DNA from: the human T2T-CHM13v2.0 reference genome, Homo sapiens
Assembly: GCF_009914755.1 (NCBI RefSeq)
Contig: NC_060946.1
DNA length: 64,000 nt
Direction: 5' to 3' (one strand)
A program made the translations under genes and the position numbers. The notes below the pieces were generated by a model. That model worked only from the letters and a program-made list of their open reading frames with translations, ran no database searches and was not told the DNA's origin. The stretch's first letter is position 1. Every line of letters starts with the position of its first letter. Positions 12,555 through 26,160 of this stretch are shown here, piece by piece.

Positions 12555-12790
12555 TTCATTGGGCATCTACTATGTGGCTGTTATGGGGCAGGTAATTACA
12601 CATGCTGTATTTCAGGTAATTTTTCTGAAGTCTTCTGAAGTAGAGTATTGTCCCCAACACCATTAGTATCTATGGAGAGAAATTAGAAGCAGGTGAAGAG
12701 ATTGGCCCAAAGTTACAGACTGACAAAATAGACAGGCTGGGATTTGAACACAGATCTGCCTGAATCCAAAATCTTAACCCTTCCTTCTCC
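12555..12790 (-). mobile_element. MIR SINE
   Basis: gcccaaagttaca...gctgggatttgaacacagatctgcctgaatccaaa. Confidence 0.7.
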
Positions 12791-13014
12791 ACCAGACTCA
12801 CCCGTGTCTTTCTCCAATTGCCCCCCTCAGCAGTTTCCTAAAAATCCATTACTCACGTTATTCCTAGAAACTATGGTTCCCTCTCTTGGCTTGTGCTTCA
12901 TATTGTAACTAATGGTTTACTCATTTTTGCCTTCATTTATTACATTTATCAAGGATCTACTATCCATCAGGAGCAACTGCTTCATTTACTCAATTGCTCA
13001 ATGGGCATGAAACA

Positions 13015-13245
13015 TAATAGTGATGCCCTACATTTGTACAGTCCGTTATATGTTGTATAGTGTTATTACATAAATGATCTCATTTCACCCTCATGACAGC
13101 CTTCTGAGATTAGAATTATTTTACAGATGAGGAAACTGAGGCTATGATATGTAAAATAGTTTGTTTTAGGTCATTCAACTTGTATGTGATGGAGTGAAGA
13201 CATCAACCAGATGTTTTTAGTTTGATTTGGGAGCCCTTTCAGCCA
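13015..13245 (-). mobile_element. MIR SINE
   Basis: attttacagatgaggaaactgaggct. Confidence 0.8.
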
Positions 13246-13267
13246 TGCTAGTAAGCACCTGTTATAA

Positions 13268-13872
13268 CCATCCATCCATGCATCCATCCATGCATCCATC
13301 CATCCATCCCCCCTTGTACCCATCCATCCTTCTATTCACTCACACATATATCCGTCCACCCACCCTTCCACCCATCCTCCAATCCTCCCATTCTTCCACC
13401 TACCCACTCATCCATCCATCCTTCCATTCATTTATTCATCTACCTATCCATCCATTCACCCATCCACCCAACCATTCTTCCACTCACCCACTCACTCACT
13501 CACTTACTCACTCACACATCCATCCATCAACCCCCACATCCATTCTTCCATCTATTCACCCATCTACACATTCATCCTTCTACTCACCCACTCATATATA
13601 TATCCATCTGTTCACCCATCTACACAACCATTCTTCCATCCATCCATCCATCCATCCTTCCATGCACGTATTCATCTATCTATCCATCCATTCACCCGTC
13701 CACCCAACCTTTCTTCCACTCACCCACTCATGTATCCATCCATCCACCCCCCCATCCATTCTTCCATCTATTCACCCATCTACACATTCATCCTTCTACT
13801 CACCCACTCATATATCCCTTCATCTATTCACTCATCTACACATCCATTCTTCCATCCATCCATCCATCCATT
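13268..13872. repeat. degenerate (CCAT)n tetranucleotide tract
   Basis: ~600 bp of ccatccatcc with an internal higher-order duplication. Confidence 0.95.
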
Positions 13873-13937
13873 GTAAAGCAGGGATTGCAAGGCAGGTAAG
13901 ACATAGTCCATGTTTTCAATGGTCTTTCTTTCTAGGT

Positions 13938-14141
13938 TTGTGCTGTCCAATGTGGTAGACATTTGTGACTATTTAAATCTAAATGTATATTAATTATAGT
14001 TAAATAAAATGTAAAATGTGGTTTCTCAGTCACATCAGTCACACTGCAAGGGTTCCACATGAAACTGGTGGCTCCCATATTGGACAGCTCAGATATGCAA
14101 AGTTTCCGTCATCACAGAAAGTTCTATTAGAAACAGTGCTG
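13938..14141 (-). mobile_element. MER3 (hAT-Charlie MITE)
   Basis: tgtgctgtccaat...catattggacagctcagatat...catcacagaaagttctatt...cagtgctg. Confidence 0.8.
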
Positions 14142-14421
14142 CTCTAGAGGCAGAAGCTGAAAGATATACAATTATGAAAGCATAAGGCAGGTGGTGAGAA
14201 CTTCTGTGAAGTATGTAAAGAGCTACAAATACAATCAACCACAGGACAACAGCAACAGCCACGGTTGCTCGTTGGTTAAGAACTTTATAATTTGCAAAAT
14301 CCAGGGGCACCCATTTGCTGTTTGAACACTTTGCTAAATGGGAATTTTAAATATATTTTACAGATAAGGAAATTGAATATCATAGAGATAAAGAGACAAA
14401 CACGGGGGAGTTTGGGAATTA

Positions 14422-14474
14422 TTTTTTTCCTTCCTTCCTTCCTTCCTTCCTTCTTTCCTTCCTTTCTTTCTTTC

Positions 14475-14521
<47 letters not shown>

Positions 14522-14672
14522 CTCTTTCTTTCTTTCTTTCTTTCTCTCTTTCTTCTTTCTTTCTTTCTCTCTCCCTCCTCTCTCTTTCTTTCCTTCTTTC
14601 TTTCTCTCTTTCTTTCCTTCCTTCCTTCCTTCCTTCCTTCCTTCCTTCCTTCCTTCCTTTCTTCTTTCTTTC

Positions 14673-14748
<76 letters not shown>

Positions 14749-14758
14749 TCCCTCCTTG
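14422..14758. repeat. compound (TTCC)n/(TTTC)n polypyrimidine microsatellite
   Basis: ~335 bp containing only C/T on the + strand. Confidence 0.97.
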
Positions 14759-15276
14759 GAGTTTGCAGAAGGAAAATATCTTTCAGGGCTCTATTTTCTC
14801 TTGATCGGAAAATGCCCAGCACCAAAACACACCTCCCTTGGCATCCTGTCATTTTTCTTTTAAAATTTCTTAGCTATGATGAATCTGATGCAGCCAGCTT
14901 CATGGCTTCTGGCTTCTCTCCTTTCAGTCTGACCCAACAGTAGCTACCAGAGAGGTCTCCCTAAAAGGCAAAATGACCAAGCCTTTCTCCTGCTTAGAAC
15001 CTTCCCTGGCTTCCCATTCCTTTTAGGGTAAAGTGCAAACTGCACACCGTGATCCAGGCCCTGCTGACTCACCTGCTGAGAATCCCCTCATTCTTCGACA
15101 CTTGGGTTAGTTCTTTAGGGCTGTCATTCCACAGGTCGCTTTATGCTCCTTACCATATAGTATCCCTTTGCCCCGACACCCTTCTGGCTCTTGACTGCCT
15201 GATGGACTTCTAGTCTTTTTCCACCACTGTTCTCAAATATGCAGAGCTGCATCTAGTCATATACCTGTATGTGATG

Positions 15277-15578
15277 GAGAGAAGCAGAAAGAGAGGTGGG
15301 GGGAGAGAGAATGGGAGGGAGATAGGGAGGCAGACAGAGAAGAGAGGATAGGAGGGGAAAGAAAGGGAGGAAGACAAAGGGGCGAAGAGAAAGACAGAAG
15401 AGGGGAGAGGAGGAGAGGGGAGGGGATAAGAGGGATAAAGAAAGAGAGGAAGAGACAAGCAGAGAGAGATGGGAAGGCTGAGAGAGAGAGTAAGGGAAGA
15501 GAGGGGAGGTGAGGGGAAAGGAAAGAAGGGAAGGAGAGAGGAGACAGATGGGGAGAAAGAGAGGAAAATAGAAGGAGA
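15277..15578. repeat. GA-rich low-complexity polypurine tract
   Basis: ~300 bp almost entirely G/A. Confidence 0.9.
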
Positions 15579-16340
15579 TATCTAAAACGATATTTGCCCC
15601 CCACCAAATGTTAAGTGATTATCCTTGGGGGGAAGAACTTTGGAAGTTACACTTTCAATTTTGTATTTTAAAATTGTGTGTATTTTTAGTCCACTTACAG
15701 ATACACTTTTTCCAAACAGCATACAACGACAAGAAAGTAACATTCAAATATTACCAGGTCACTTCAGCTGTGAATTCTTTTCAGGACCCCCCTTTTTTCT
15801 TCCAGAATTATGCACATCTTCCCTTCCACCCACCTGCCCCAAATGGAGGGGTGTAGCCGGCCACCTGGGAGTTGTTGAAAGACAGGAAGATCAGTGCCTT
15901 ATCTTCCTGGTCTCCAGTGTTCTGCACCGAACCCGGCCAGGACAGGCCGGGCCTTGTAAATATTGGTTTAATGACCAGACGCTGGAAACTCATTATAACA
16001 CCATGCATTGTCCAGGTTAAATAATGGAAAGGATTATTACAGCAATGATGCTGCAATATACTCTCAATTAGCCATGGCAATGAGGAGCACGGGGACAGCT
16101 CATGCCACTAAGCTGGGGATCATCAAAAGGCAATTTTCCCTTCTGTGGACCACCATGCCCTCTTTGTGTTTTAGTTATTGGTGATTCCCTATGAATACAC
16201 CATCCCCCACACCCACATCCATACACCTTTTTTCTTTTTCTTTTTAGGGCAGGGGCACTGACTCAAATCTCAATCATATCTGGTTGGAGTTGATCACAAA
16301 ACCAGCTAGTTTCTTAACACAGGTGATGAACCGCCAGTGA

Positions 16341-16524
16341 GCAGCTGTTCTCAAAGCGTGGGCCCCGTATTTGCAACCTCGGCATTGCTGCCTGAGAACT
16401 TGTTAGTAAGGCACATTTTGAGGTCCACCTCTGAATCAGAATCTTTAGGTTGGTGTTCAGAAATCTACACTCCCATGAGTTTTTCAGGCGATTCTGATGC
16501 ATGCTCAAGCTTCAGGATCATTGG
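16341..16524. mobile_element. MER5A
   Basis: ttctcaaagcgtgggcccc...aacttgttag...ctgaatcagaatct...gattctgatgcatgctcaag. Confidence 0.75.
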
Positions 16525-16539
16525 CCCGAAAGGGGACTC

Positions 16540-16710
16540 AGTTGCTTGGGTTCCATTTCTGGCTGTGCTGCTTGTTGGCTGTCCCACCTCTGGCAAGTCC
16601 CCTCACCTCTTCATGTCTCTGCGTCCTCACCTGTAATATGGGTACATCCACAGTGCCCATCTCATAGGATGTGTCAGGATGGGTGAAGAGCAGTCAAACA
16701 GCACTCACAC
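16540..16710 (+). mobile_element. MIR SINE
   Basis: ggcaagtcccctcacctct...cctcacctgtaatatggg. Confidence 0.65.
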
Positions 16711-16824
16711 TTAGTCCCAGCAGATGCTACCTGGTACCATATTTCATGGAGTAGAAGCTGCCTTTGATCATCAGACTCATCCAGAATTCACATAGTAAGT
16801 GTAGGGCATAAGTTTTCCTTAAAA

Positions 16825-16975
16825 CAGTATTTCTCAAACTTCAGCGTACACACAAATCACCTGGGAATGTTGTTAAAAGGCAGACTCCAATTCAGCAGGG
16901 CTGAGGCCAGAGACGCTGCATTCTTAGCAAGCTCTCATGTGGGAGGATGCTGCTGGTCCCTGGACCACATTTTTG
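16825..16975. mobile_element. MER5A1-like MITE
   Basis: cagtatttctcaaactt...aatcacctggga...tgctgctggtccctggaccacatttt. Confidence 0.75.
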
Positions 16976-17796
16976 TTGTATGGGTTGGATCCAGAACCAG
17001 CACCTTTGTGTACGGATTGGATCTCACAGTGGGCTCACATGATGTGCTGGCAATGGTCATGGACTGGTCCTGGGACAGGGTGGTGGAACAGGATGTAGTT
17101 CATTTTGCTCATTCTTCTCTGGCCAAAGGACAGCAAGGATTGACATAAGAACTGGAGACATGGTTTGAGCTCCTTGTAAGCCCACTCACTGGCCTAAAGG
17201 AAGCCCTTTGATCTCAGCATCCTTATCTGCCAAATAGACCACTCAATGCCCACCAAGTCCATTCTAAGGGCAAGTGGGGAAAATCAAATACTCATGTTCT
17301 CAGTGAGTGAATTAATGACATATCTTTCCTTGGGACCATGGTTTTTCCAGAGTTTAAAAATAATGAAATGATGTGGATATTTAAAGGCATCAGGACAAGG
17401 CATTGCTGGTGAAGTTGGCTAATTATTACATTACCATATGATCATCATCGGTGTGAGTCATAAGCCCTGCACTCTGATTCTCTTCTGAGCACCAGCCCTA
17501 GGAATGGCCAGTCCTTACAATCACCCTGGAATTCTGACAGTTCCAGGGGACACCTGTCAGGCCACCCTCCTGGGTGGGCTTAGCATACTGAGGGCCATGC
17601 AGAGGGAGACCCGGTTGTATCCTCAAAGCCTCATTACTACAACCATCGTCTTTGCAGCCACTCTGATTTCAAGGCACTGCTCACTTCCTAGGGGACATGA
17701 CAGGGCTGGAGAGAGAAGGGGTCATGCACCGCTCAGTTCCAGAATGAACAAAGAACACTTATGAGGGAGAGAAAAAATGCCTCTTGACCGCCCCCA

Positions 17797-17905
17797 GCAT
17801 ATGTATGCACAAATACACACACAAACACACACATACACACATGCATGCACATGCACACACATACACGTGCACGCACACGCATACACACACACACACACAC
17901 ACACA
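17797..17905. repeat. (CA)n degenerate microsatellite
   Basis: acacacat/gcacac runs. Confidence 0.9.
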
Positions 17906-19439
17906 GGCTGCCCCAGCCTGCATGTCACCATCAATCAGCGCCTTCCCACTTGCCGTTTGCAGGCAGAGTTCCCCACAGATGTGCTCAGGGGGCTGGGAGA
18001 AGGAGAAGGTGGAGCTGGGGCTAGGGAGGGAGGGAGGCAGAGATGTCCTCAAAGAGTTAAAACCTTGCCTCACCAGACTGCGAATCCTCCTCGACTCTCC
18101 CCCACCCCCATCCCCCTCAATCCAGCCAAACAACAGCTTGACATTTTCCATCCTTCACGAGAAAGACAAAGACGGGAAGATATTCCCATGATCCCTTTCT
18201 GCATGCCTAACCGTGAGCTCAGGTGCCGTAGCGTTTGCCCTGCGCCGGCCCCATCAACATGAAGGGCGAACTCATCCTTTCTGCATCTTTTTCTCGCCAC
18301 TGCTTGATTAATTGGCTGACTACTACGCCGGCGGAATACCTAATGCTTTTCCTTCCCCTATTCTTCCTTCACAGTTTTTTTTTTCCTCCTTTGCTCCATT
18401 TACATATACTTTATATTCCATAATTTTCACCCAAAAAGAAAAAAAAAAAAGAGCGGGCCCATCTCAGTAATTTGATGTAATGACGGCATGTCACCAAAAA
18501 GAGGAATTAGAAAAATCTGTAGGTATTTAATTTATTCTTGTTTTTTTTTTTTTTTTGAAGTAGAGCTCTCTGAGAAAAGCATTAATATTCATGGGCAAGA
18601 GAAAAAAGTATACTCAATAGGAAAATTCCAGATTTTTTAGGGGTGGGGAGGCAGCTACATTCAATGCATTTTTAAGCACCATTATTTAACTAATAGTGCC
18701 TGAGTCCCTCTGGCCCTAGTTCCTCCCTTTCAATGAAAATAAGTGGGTTTTAGTTTGCCTTCAAGGGTTGTGTGTGTTGGGCTCACACCCACGCTGTTGA
18801 AGCAGGAAAGCTGGGTTCTGTGCTTTCCTCCCCTCCTGGGAGGACTCAAATGAAGAAGAAAAACATAAATAAAGGCCTTTCAGAGTCCCAGGGCTGGAGT
18901 TTTGGTTCTCCTTCAGCCTCCCCTGTTGGCTGTCATAGTTTTCTGATGGCTCTACAGACAGAACAATTTCCTTGAGGTTTCCCACTAGACCAACCCCTTC
19001 CTGTTAACTTGGGTTTGGGTTTTATGCTATTAATTAACTACTTACTTATCAAAATAAGTGTTGAGTTATACCATAATCATGATCGTTACCAATGAAGCAG
19101 GAAATAAAATAATGAAGCATCAGACCGATGCCATAAATGTGAGACCTGAGACCTGGAATGGGAGCAGTTTTTCTCTCTCCAAGGCAGGTCTTTCCAAAGG
19201 GTCCCAGGGTGTGTGGCTCTCCTAGTAACAGTGGTAAGTTTGAGGCATCTGAGGATTTGACTCAGTCTAGTAGGAAGATGAGTTCTCAGCCATGGGGACC
19301 CAAATGCCCACCCTCATCTTAATCAGTGGGATCGGAAACATGTGTGAGTTTATGGGCCCTGAGTCTAAATTATTTGCCAATTGTGATCATAAAAATTATT
19401 ATTAGCATAATGATTATAATAAGCAATTCTATGTACTAT

Positions 19440-20138
19440 TATTTTTCTTTATTTTTAAATGGGGTTATAACTTACATTAAGCTGCACGAATCTTATGTGC
19501 AGCTTGATGAATATTTTACCCATGTTTGTACTTTACCCAGATCAATATATAGAACATTTCCAACACCCTAGAAGGATTTCTTGTGCCACCCAAGTCAAAG
19601 CATACCTCCTCAAAGATGGCCACTCTTCTGACTTCAGGCACATAGATTCATTTTGCCGGTTCTTGAACTTTAAACAGATGGAATTATACAGCATATACTA
19701 TTTTGTGTTGAGGCTTTTTCTCAAAAACAAAGTTTTGGGGACTGATCCATGTTGCTACGTGTCGCGGTAGTTCATTGTTATCATTGTTGTGCAATATTCC
19801 AATGCATAAACACATTAGAATTCAATTATCCATTTTCCTGTGGATGGTTATTTGGACTCTCTCCAGTTTGGGCTATTTTGAGTCAAGTGGGCATGAAACT
19901 CTCTTCTACGCCTTTGGGGTAATAGAAGTTCTCATTTCTCCTTGGAATATACCCAGGAATGGGATATTTGGTCACAGGGTAAATAGACCTGTAGCTTTAG
20001 TAGAAACTGCCAGTTTTCAAAATGGTTGCACCAATTTACACTTCCACCAACGGTGCCTGGGGTTTCAGTTGCTCTGTATCTTCACCAACTCTTGGGATCA
20101 TTGTCATTTCTTTTACCTTTAGCTATTGTTATGGGTGT
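19440..20138 (-). mobile_element. old L1 3' fragment (L1MC/L1MD/L1ME class)
   Basis: cccagatcaatatatagaacatttcca...atggaattatacag...atccattttcctgtggatgg...ggttgcaccaatttacacttccacca. Confidence 0.8.
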
Positions 20139-21944
20139 AGGAGGGGCAAGAAGGAACCTTGGCAGAAACCAAGCAAGGAGAAAACAAAGGATGCTTACTC
20201 AGCAAGACACAGAGAAACAGAATCAGAGACACACACACAGAGAGAAATAGGAAAACAGCCAGGAAAAACCAGAGAAATACAGGTGGAAATGAAGACAGAG
20301 GAATGCTTTGAGAGCCAGGTAAATGGATGGGGAAAGGGGCCCAGAAAAGAGAAAAAGAAGAGAGAAAAATAAAATGGAAAAGGTGAAGTTGAAACGGAAA
20401 GAGGAAAGGTTGATAGAAGAGAGAAAAGCAGGCAAGAGAAGGGAGGAGAGAATGAACAACCCTGGGTGACCGGCCAGGGGAGCAGGGCAAGTGCAGAAAT
20501 TGGTCTCTTGGTATTTTATGAAACATGGCCCTTTCTTTCTTTCTTTTTTTTTAAAGGGCTTCTTGATATTTTTATGTTTATATGTTTTAACTTGGGCCCA
20601 ACCTCATGGAAAATGCATGAGAAATAAGTGGTTTCTAGGAATGTTTTATACATGGCCGGGGAGTTGTAAGGATGCAGAGGTGGGCAGAAGAGAGGGAGGG
20701 TGTGGACAGCCCCTTCCTTGGGTCTCTCTGGCAGGGCTTGGCTGTGGGCTGTGGGCAGGTGCTCTCAAGGTTGTGTAGAAGGTAGCCCAGGGTGGCAGAC
20801 AGCAGGTGCACCCAGGATCTGCTCCAACCGTGTGACTTTGGGCAATCCACATCCTCTGCTCTTAGCCTCAGTTTCCTCCTCTGCAATATGGGATGCTAGC
20901 ATTGCCAGTTTTGCAGAAGAGGGGGGCTCTTAATCTGATCCAGGGCCGGGTGGGGACCACAGGGCTCTAGGAAATCTTAAGCAATCAGCGGTTTAAAGCA
21001 GAGGATGAAATGCAAAAGACTGTCTCTGAAATCAACAGAGGACTCAAGAAAGCTTCCTGATGCATCTACCCGGTAAAAACTTTCCTAGTGTGAGGTTCTT
21101 GATATAGGCCCCATCTATTCCCATGCTTTGCTGCCACCATCCAGGAGCCCCGTCCTCAAGGACTCTGTTTTTCCAACATGCCACATAACATTGCATCCCT
21201 TGTCACTGGACACACTGTTGCTGTAAGTTGAAATGCCTCCTTATCCAGTAAGACAGTGCTTCTTAAAATCCCTGTGGAGGAGCAGAGACTAAAATCCATT
21301 TTACCAACCAGATGGGAAATTGTACACCCTTTCCCAAGGAAAACAATGCACATTCTCACCGTCTTGTTTACAACGTCAATGGTTTCCCTGGCCTCAATAG
21401 TCCCATCTCTGAACTCTGATTTAGGAGTTTCTACTTCAAGAACTTGCTGCTAAGGTCATTGCCTTCATAGAAGCTTCTATCCAGGTTTGCCCTAAAACAC
21501 CATCAGCCCCTCTCCTGAGATTGGTCTCCCTGGGACTTGGGATTTTGCTCCATCATGTTTATGTGTCATCTGTTCATGTGTCTTTCTCCTCCACTAGCAG
21601 AGGAGGGTTTGTGCCTGTCTCTGCATCCCTGAAGCCCAGCACAGGAACTGGCCCAGGGGAGGCCCTCAGGAAACATCAAATGCATTTGTAGACATGTCTC
21701 TTTTGGCCTTCATGGTCAGAGTTTTGCAGTAACTGCAAAGGCAGAAAGGGAGCCTTTTAGAGATTCCCTTCTTGAAGCTGGACCTTGTCTCTTTGCAAGG
21801 ATGAAGGCATCCTCCAGTGGAAGGGTGGGTTTGTGTAGGGAAACCAAGGCCTCCACAAAGCCTAACACACTCAGTCCCGAGAAGCAGGAAACCTCCCAAC
21901 ACCATGAGCATACTTTATGCTAAAATTGGCAGAGGCAGCTGCCA

Positions 21945-22130
21945 GTACAATGGAGGAAGTAAACTGTAAGAAGTAAGGAGTGGGTTCCCATTCCAGCTCT
22001 GTCACTGTCTCCTGTGTGACCTTGGGCAGGTCACTTTCCCTCTATGGGCCTCAGTTTCCTCATCTGTATATTGGGGTGGAGTGAGAAAGGATTTGGGATC
22101 TTCAAGGTTCCCCCCAACTCTGAGAGTCTA
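21945..22130 (+). mobile_element. MIR SINE
   Basis: ctgtgtgaccttgggcaggtcactttccctctatgggcctcagtttcctcatctgta. Confidence 0.85.
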
Positions 22131-22567
22131 TGAGCTCTGAAGATGCTCTTCAGGAAGGCTGTGATTTATATCACAGACGTGCAGGAGAGAAACAGTTGCA
22201 GAGGAGTCAATTTTTCTCTTGTAAACGGGATCTTTTTTAGAGGCCTCCAGGGAGAAAGAAAGGGACAAACATTTCTAGAAGGCCTACGATGAGGCAGAAG
22301 ACACCGTGTAAACCTGGTCTTGTTTAGCTCCTTACGCTAAAGTTTATTTACCTTGCAAATGTATTATATGACTAAAATTTAAAAATAAAACAATAATAGG
22401 TTGATGTTTTGTCTCAAAAAAAGGAACCACATGATCCTGAGGAAAATGTGGAAAATAAAAAAAAATAGGAAGTAAAGGGACAAATAATCCATTCATTCAA
22501 CAGGAATTTATTGAATACGCACTATGTGTCAATTATGATATAAAGAAACTGGGTCTTTACATAGCTT

Positions 22568-22756
22568 TATATATATATGTGTAAGTGTATGTATATGTAT
22601 ATACATATGTGTGTATGTATACATACACACGTATATATATACATATATACACACGTATATATATACATATATACACACGTATATATACATATATACACAC
22701 GTATATATATACATATATACACATGTATATATATACATATACACACACATATATAT
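22568..22756. repeat. TA-rich minisatellite, ~24-bp unit ACACACGTATATATATACATATAT
   Basis: about five tandem units at 22625-22745 inside TA/TG-rich sequence. Confidence 0.9.
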
Positions 22757-23311
22757 GATTATAAGCATAGGGTCTACAATATTTAAATTCTGCAATTTAA
22801 TTTACATTTCAATTCTATTCATTTTGGTGTTGTAATATAGCTAGTTCTTAATAAGCCTACCAGTTACAAGTCAGCTTTCTTTTTTCTGATTATAAAAATA
22901 ACACACATCTTTACTGAAAAATATGTGGACATTACAAGCACATAAAAAGAAAGGAATAAAGATTACTCATAATCTACCACCCATACTTTTTTCTACTTAT
23001 ACATTTAGACTCTCAAAGTACGTGGATATCACCTCCTTCCTTCCCCCAGGGGACCCCCTATTGCCCATTCATCAGCCCCCACCAAAGTTACACACACAAT
23101 AATGTTGCATGCTACCCCAAATCAGCAATTCTGTCTATTTAAATACTGCTTTCTATTCAGCACCTTGAACAGTGCCTGGTGCACAGTAGATGTTCCATAC
23201 CTCACAAATGCTCTCTATAACGGAAGCAATGACTGACAAGGGGGTCATAGAGAACACAAGGTTTTATAATACGCTTTTAACAGAAATACCACCATGCCAC
23301 AAGTAGTTTCA

Positions 23312-23345
23312 ATACTTGATCTTAGCCAAAAGGCTGCAAAGCAAT
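23312..23345 (-). pseudogene. U2 snRNA 5'-end retrocopy (nt ~1-34), tailless
   Basis: minus strand attgctttgcagccttttggctaagatcaagtat vs U2 ATCGCTTCTCGGCCTTTTGGCTAAGATCAAGTGT; flanking aagtagtttc/aagtactttc is a possible TSD. Confidence 0.85.
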
Positions 23346-23578
23346 TGTAAGTACTTTCTGGTATTGTGAAATATTCTGCTGTAATATAATGGATGCTGTC
23401 TTCCTTATATCCTGTCACATATAGACTAATCATAATTACTTTCCCAAGTCTCATCTTGTGGCCTTCGAAATGATGGGTTCAGAAAGATCCTGGTAGCTGT
23501 TCTCTGCACAATTTCATGATCATTTTCTTGGGATAAGTTTCCAGATGTGCAATTGGTGGGTCAAAAAGCAGGCACATG

Positions 23579-23959
23579 CAATGGAACATTACTCAGTTGT
23601 GAAAAGGGGTGAAGAACTGATGCATGTTACAACATGGATGTACCTGGAAGATACCACGCTAAGTGAAAGAAGCCAGACATAAAAGATCACATGATCCATC
23701 ATTTGTATGATATATCCAGAATAGGTGAATCCACAAAGACAGAAAGTGGATTAGTGGTTGCCAGTGGCTGTGGGGAGGGGTAATGGGAGTGACTGCTTAA
23801 GGGGTATAGGATTTTCTTTTAGGGTGATGAGAATGCTTTGGAACTAGGTAGAGGTGATGGTAGTATGGTATCATAAATGTACAGAATGCTGTTGAAATTA
23901 TTCACCTTAAAATGGTTAATTTTATGTTATGTGAATTTCACCTTAATTAAAAAAATAAA
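23579..23959 (+). mobile_element. L1MB-class 3' end, inserted in an older L1 fragment
   Basis: gctaagtgaaagaagccagaca...gattagtggttgccag...aaaatggttaattttatgttatgtgaatttcacctta plus A tail. Confidence 0.85.
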
Positions 23960-24329
23960 CAGGCGTGACATCAAGGCCAACTTTCTGTTCCCATTTGTGT
24001 ATCCATCATTAATGCTATTGAGTGCCTGTTTCCTCAAAAAATCAGATTCTATGAACCTGGCCAGTTTTGTAAGCAAAATATATTGATTATTAGTGATATC
24101 AGTGTACTTTTCTCATGGGCTAGTGGATATTAATATTCCACTGACATGCTCATATTTGCCAATCATACTGGAGTGCTGGTCTTACCGATTTCCAAGAATG
24201 CATTTCTCCATTGATGATAACCCTTGCCATGTACATCTCAATCTTCATCACCTATTTATTTTTGCCATTTAATTTTAACATAATCTTAACTTTTTAATTG
24301 TAACTGACCTACAACCAGTGACTACCACA

Positions 24330-24856
24330 CCATCCTGTTGACTGCCTGCTAGACATTGAGCTCCTACACCCATTTTCCTCCTCCTCATAGAGTCCAAGTC
24401 CACCATCTGTGTCCTGGAGCCAGCCCTGCCTCCAGTCTCAGAGAGCAGGCCCTGACTGACCAATCCAATTACAGCCACTTTATTTATCTTCTCAAAATTG
24501 GTTAAGACCTGGACATATGGCACGATCACAGGCCATGAGATATAAAGAAATTTTGCTGGGGGCCCCTGGGAAACTTTGTTTGGCTTTTACAAAGAGGCAT
24601 TCATGAGGCAATGTCCCCATTCTTTCTCTAAATGTGGCTGGATCTGGGTGTGATGCTGGGATCTCTGCAGCCATTTTGTGTCCATGAGGAAAGTGAGCCC
24701 AGGCAATAAAGCTAACATGTAGAAAAGGACAACTGCAGGCACCTTCTCAGTGCACTCTCACTCTGGGCTTCTCATAAGGTAAGATAGTGGATGTCCTGAC
24801 CCCTTCAGGCAGCTGAGTTAAGATGCCTGTTGCTTGCAGCTGAGAATGTCCTAAAC
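24330..24856 (+). mobile_element. MaLR solo LTR (MLT1K/L-like)
   Basis: ctgcagccattttg...ctgttgcttgcagctgagaatgtcctaa terminus. Confidence 0.65.
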
Positions 24857-25017
24857 CACCAACCCCATCCAGGGCAGTTGTTTCACTTTTTTTGTTTTTT
24901 AAATTTACAAACCAACTGCTTCAATAAGCACCTTCTTAAATAAAACTTTTTCCATAGTTTGATACACATCTTCAGATTGATTCCCAGAAGTGGAATTAAA
25001 AGATGACATGATATTAA

Positions 25018-25306
<289 letters not shown>

Positions 25307-25590
25307 CTTGAAGTCACTTGATTCATATTTTTATTTGCTTTCCAGTTGAAGGCTCTACAGAATTAGTCTCTAAAGCTAGAAAATAAGGGGGTTGCGGGCT
25401 AGACCCCAGGTCTTCTGATATCACATCCAAAGCTAGATATGGAAAGTGAGCTGATCTTTACTTCCTTTAAATCTGAAATCATGGGTAATGGGTTCAGTTT
25501 GCCTGAATAAAGCATCCCCTGGATAGCCAAACCATGCTGCTATATGCATTTCTGTGCTTTATACTTTATTATGCAGTGTTTCAGAATGTA

Positions 25591-25666
25591 TCTCTAAGTG
25601 TGATTGGATCTGGGGGTGATGGTGGGGCTTCTGCAGCCATTTTGTGTCCATGAGTAGAGTCAGCCC
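25591..25666 (+). repeat. direct local copy of 24625-24700
   Basis: 76-bp ungapped alignment, 11 mismatches by hand. Confidence 0.85.
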
Positions 25667-25667
25667 C

Positions 25668-26160
<493 letters not shown>

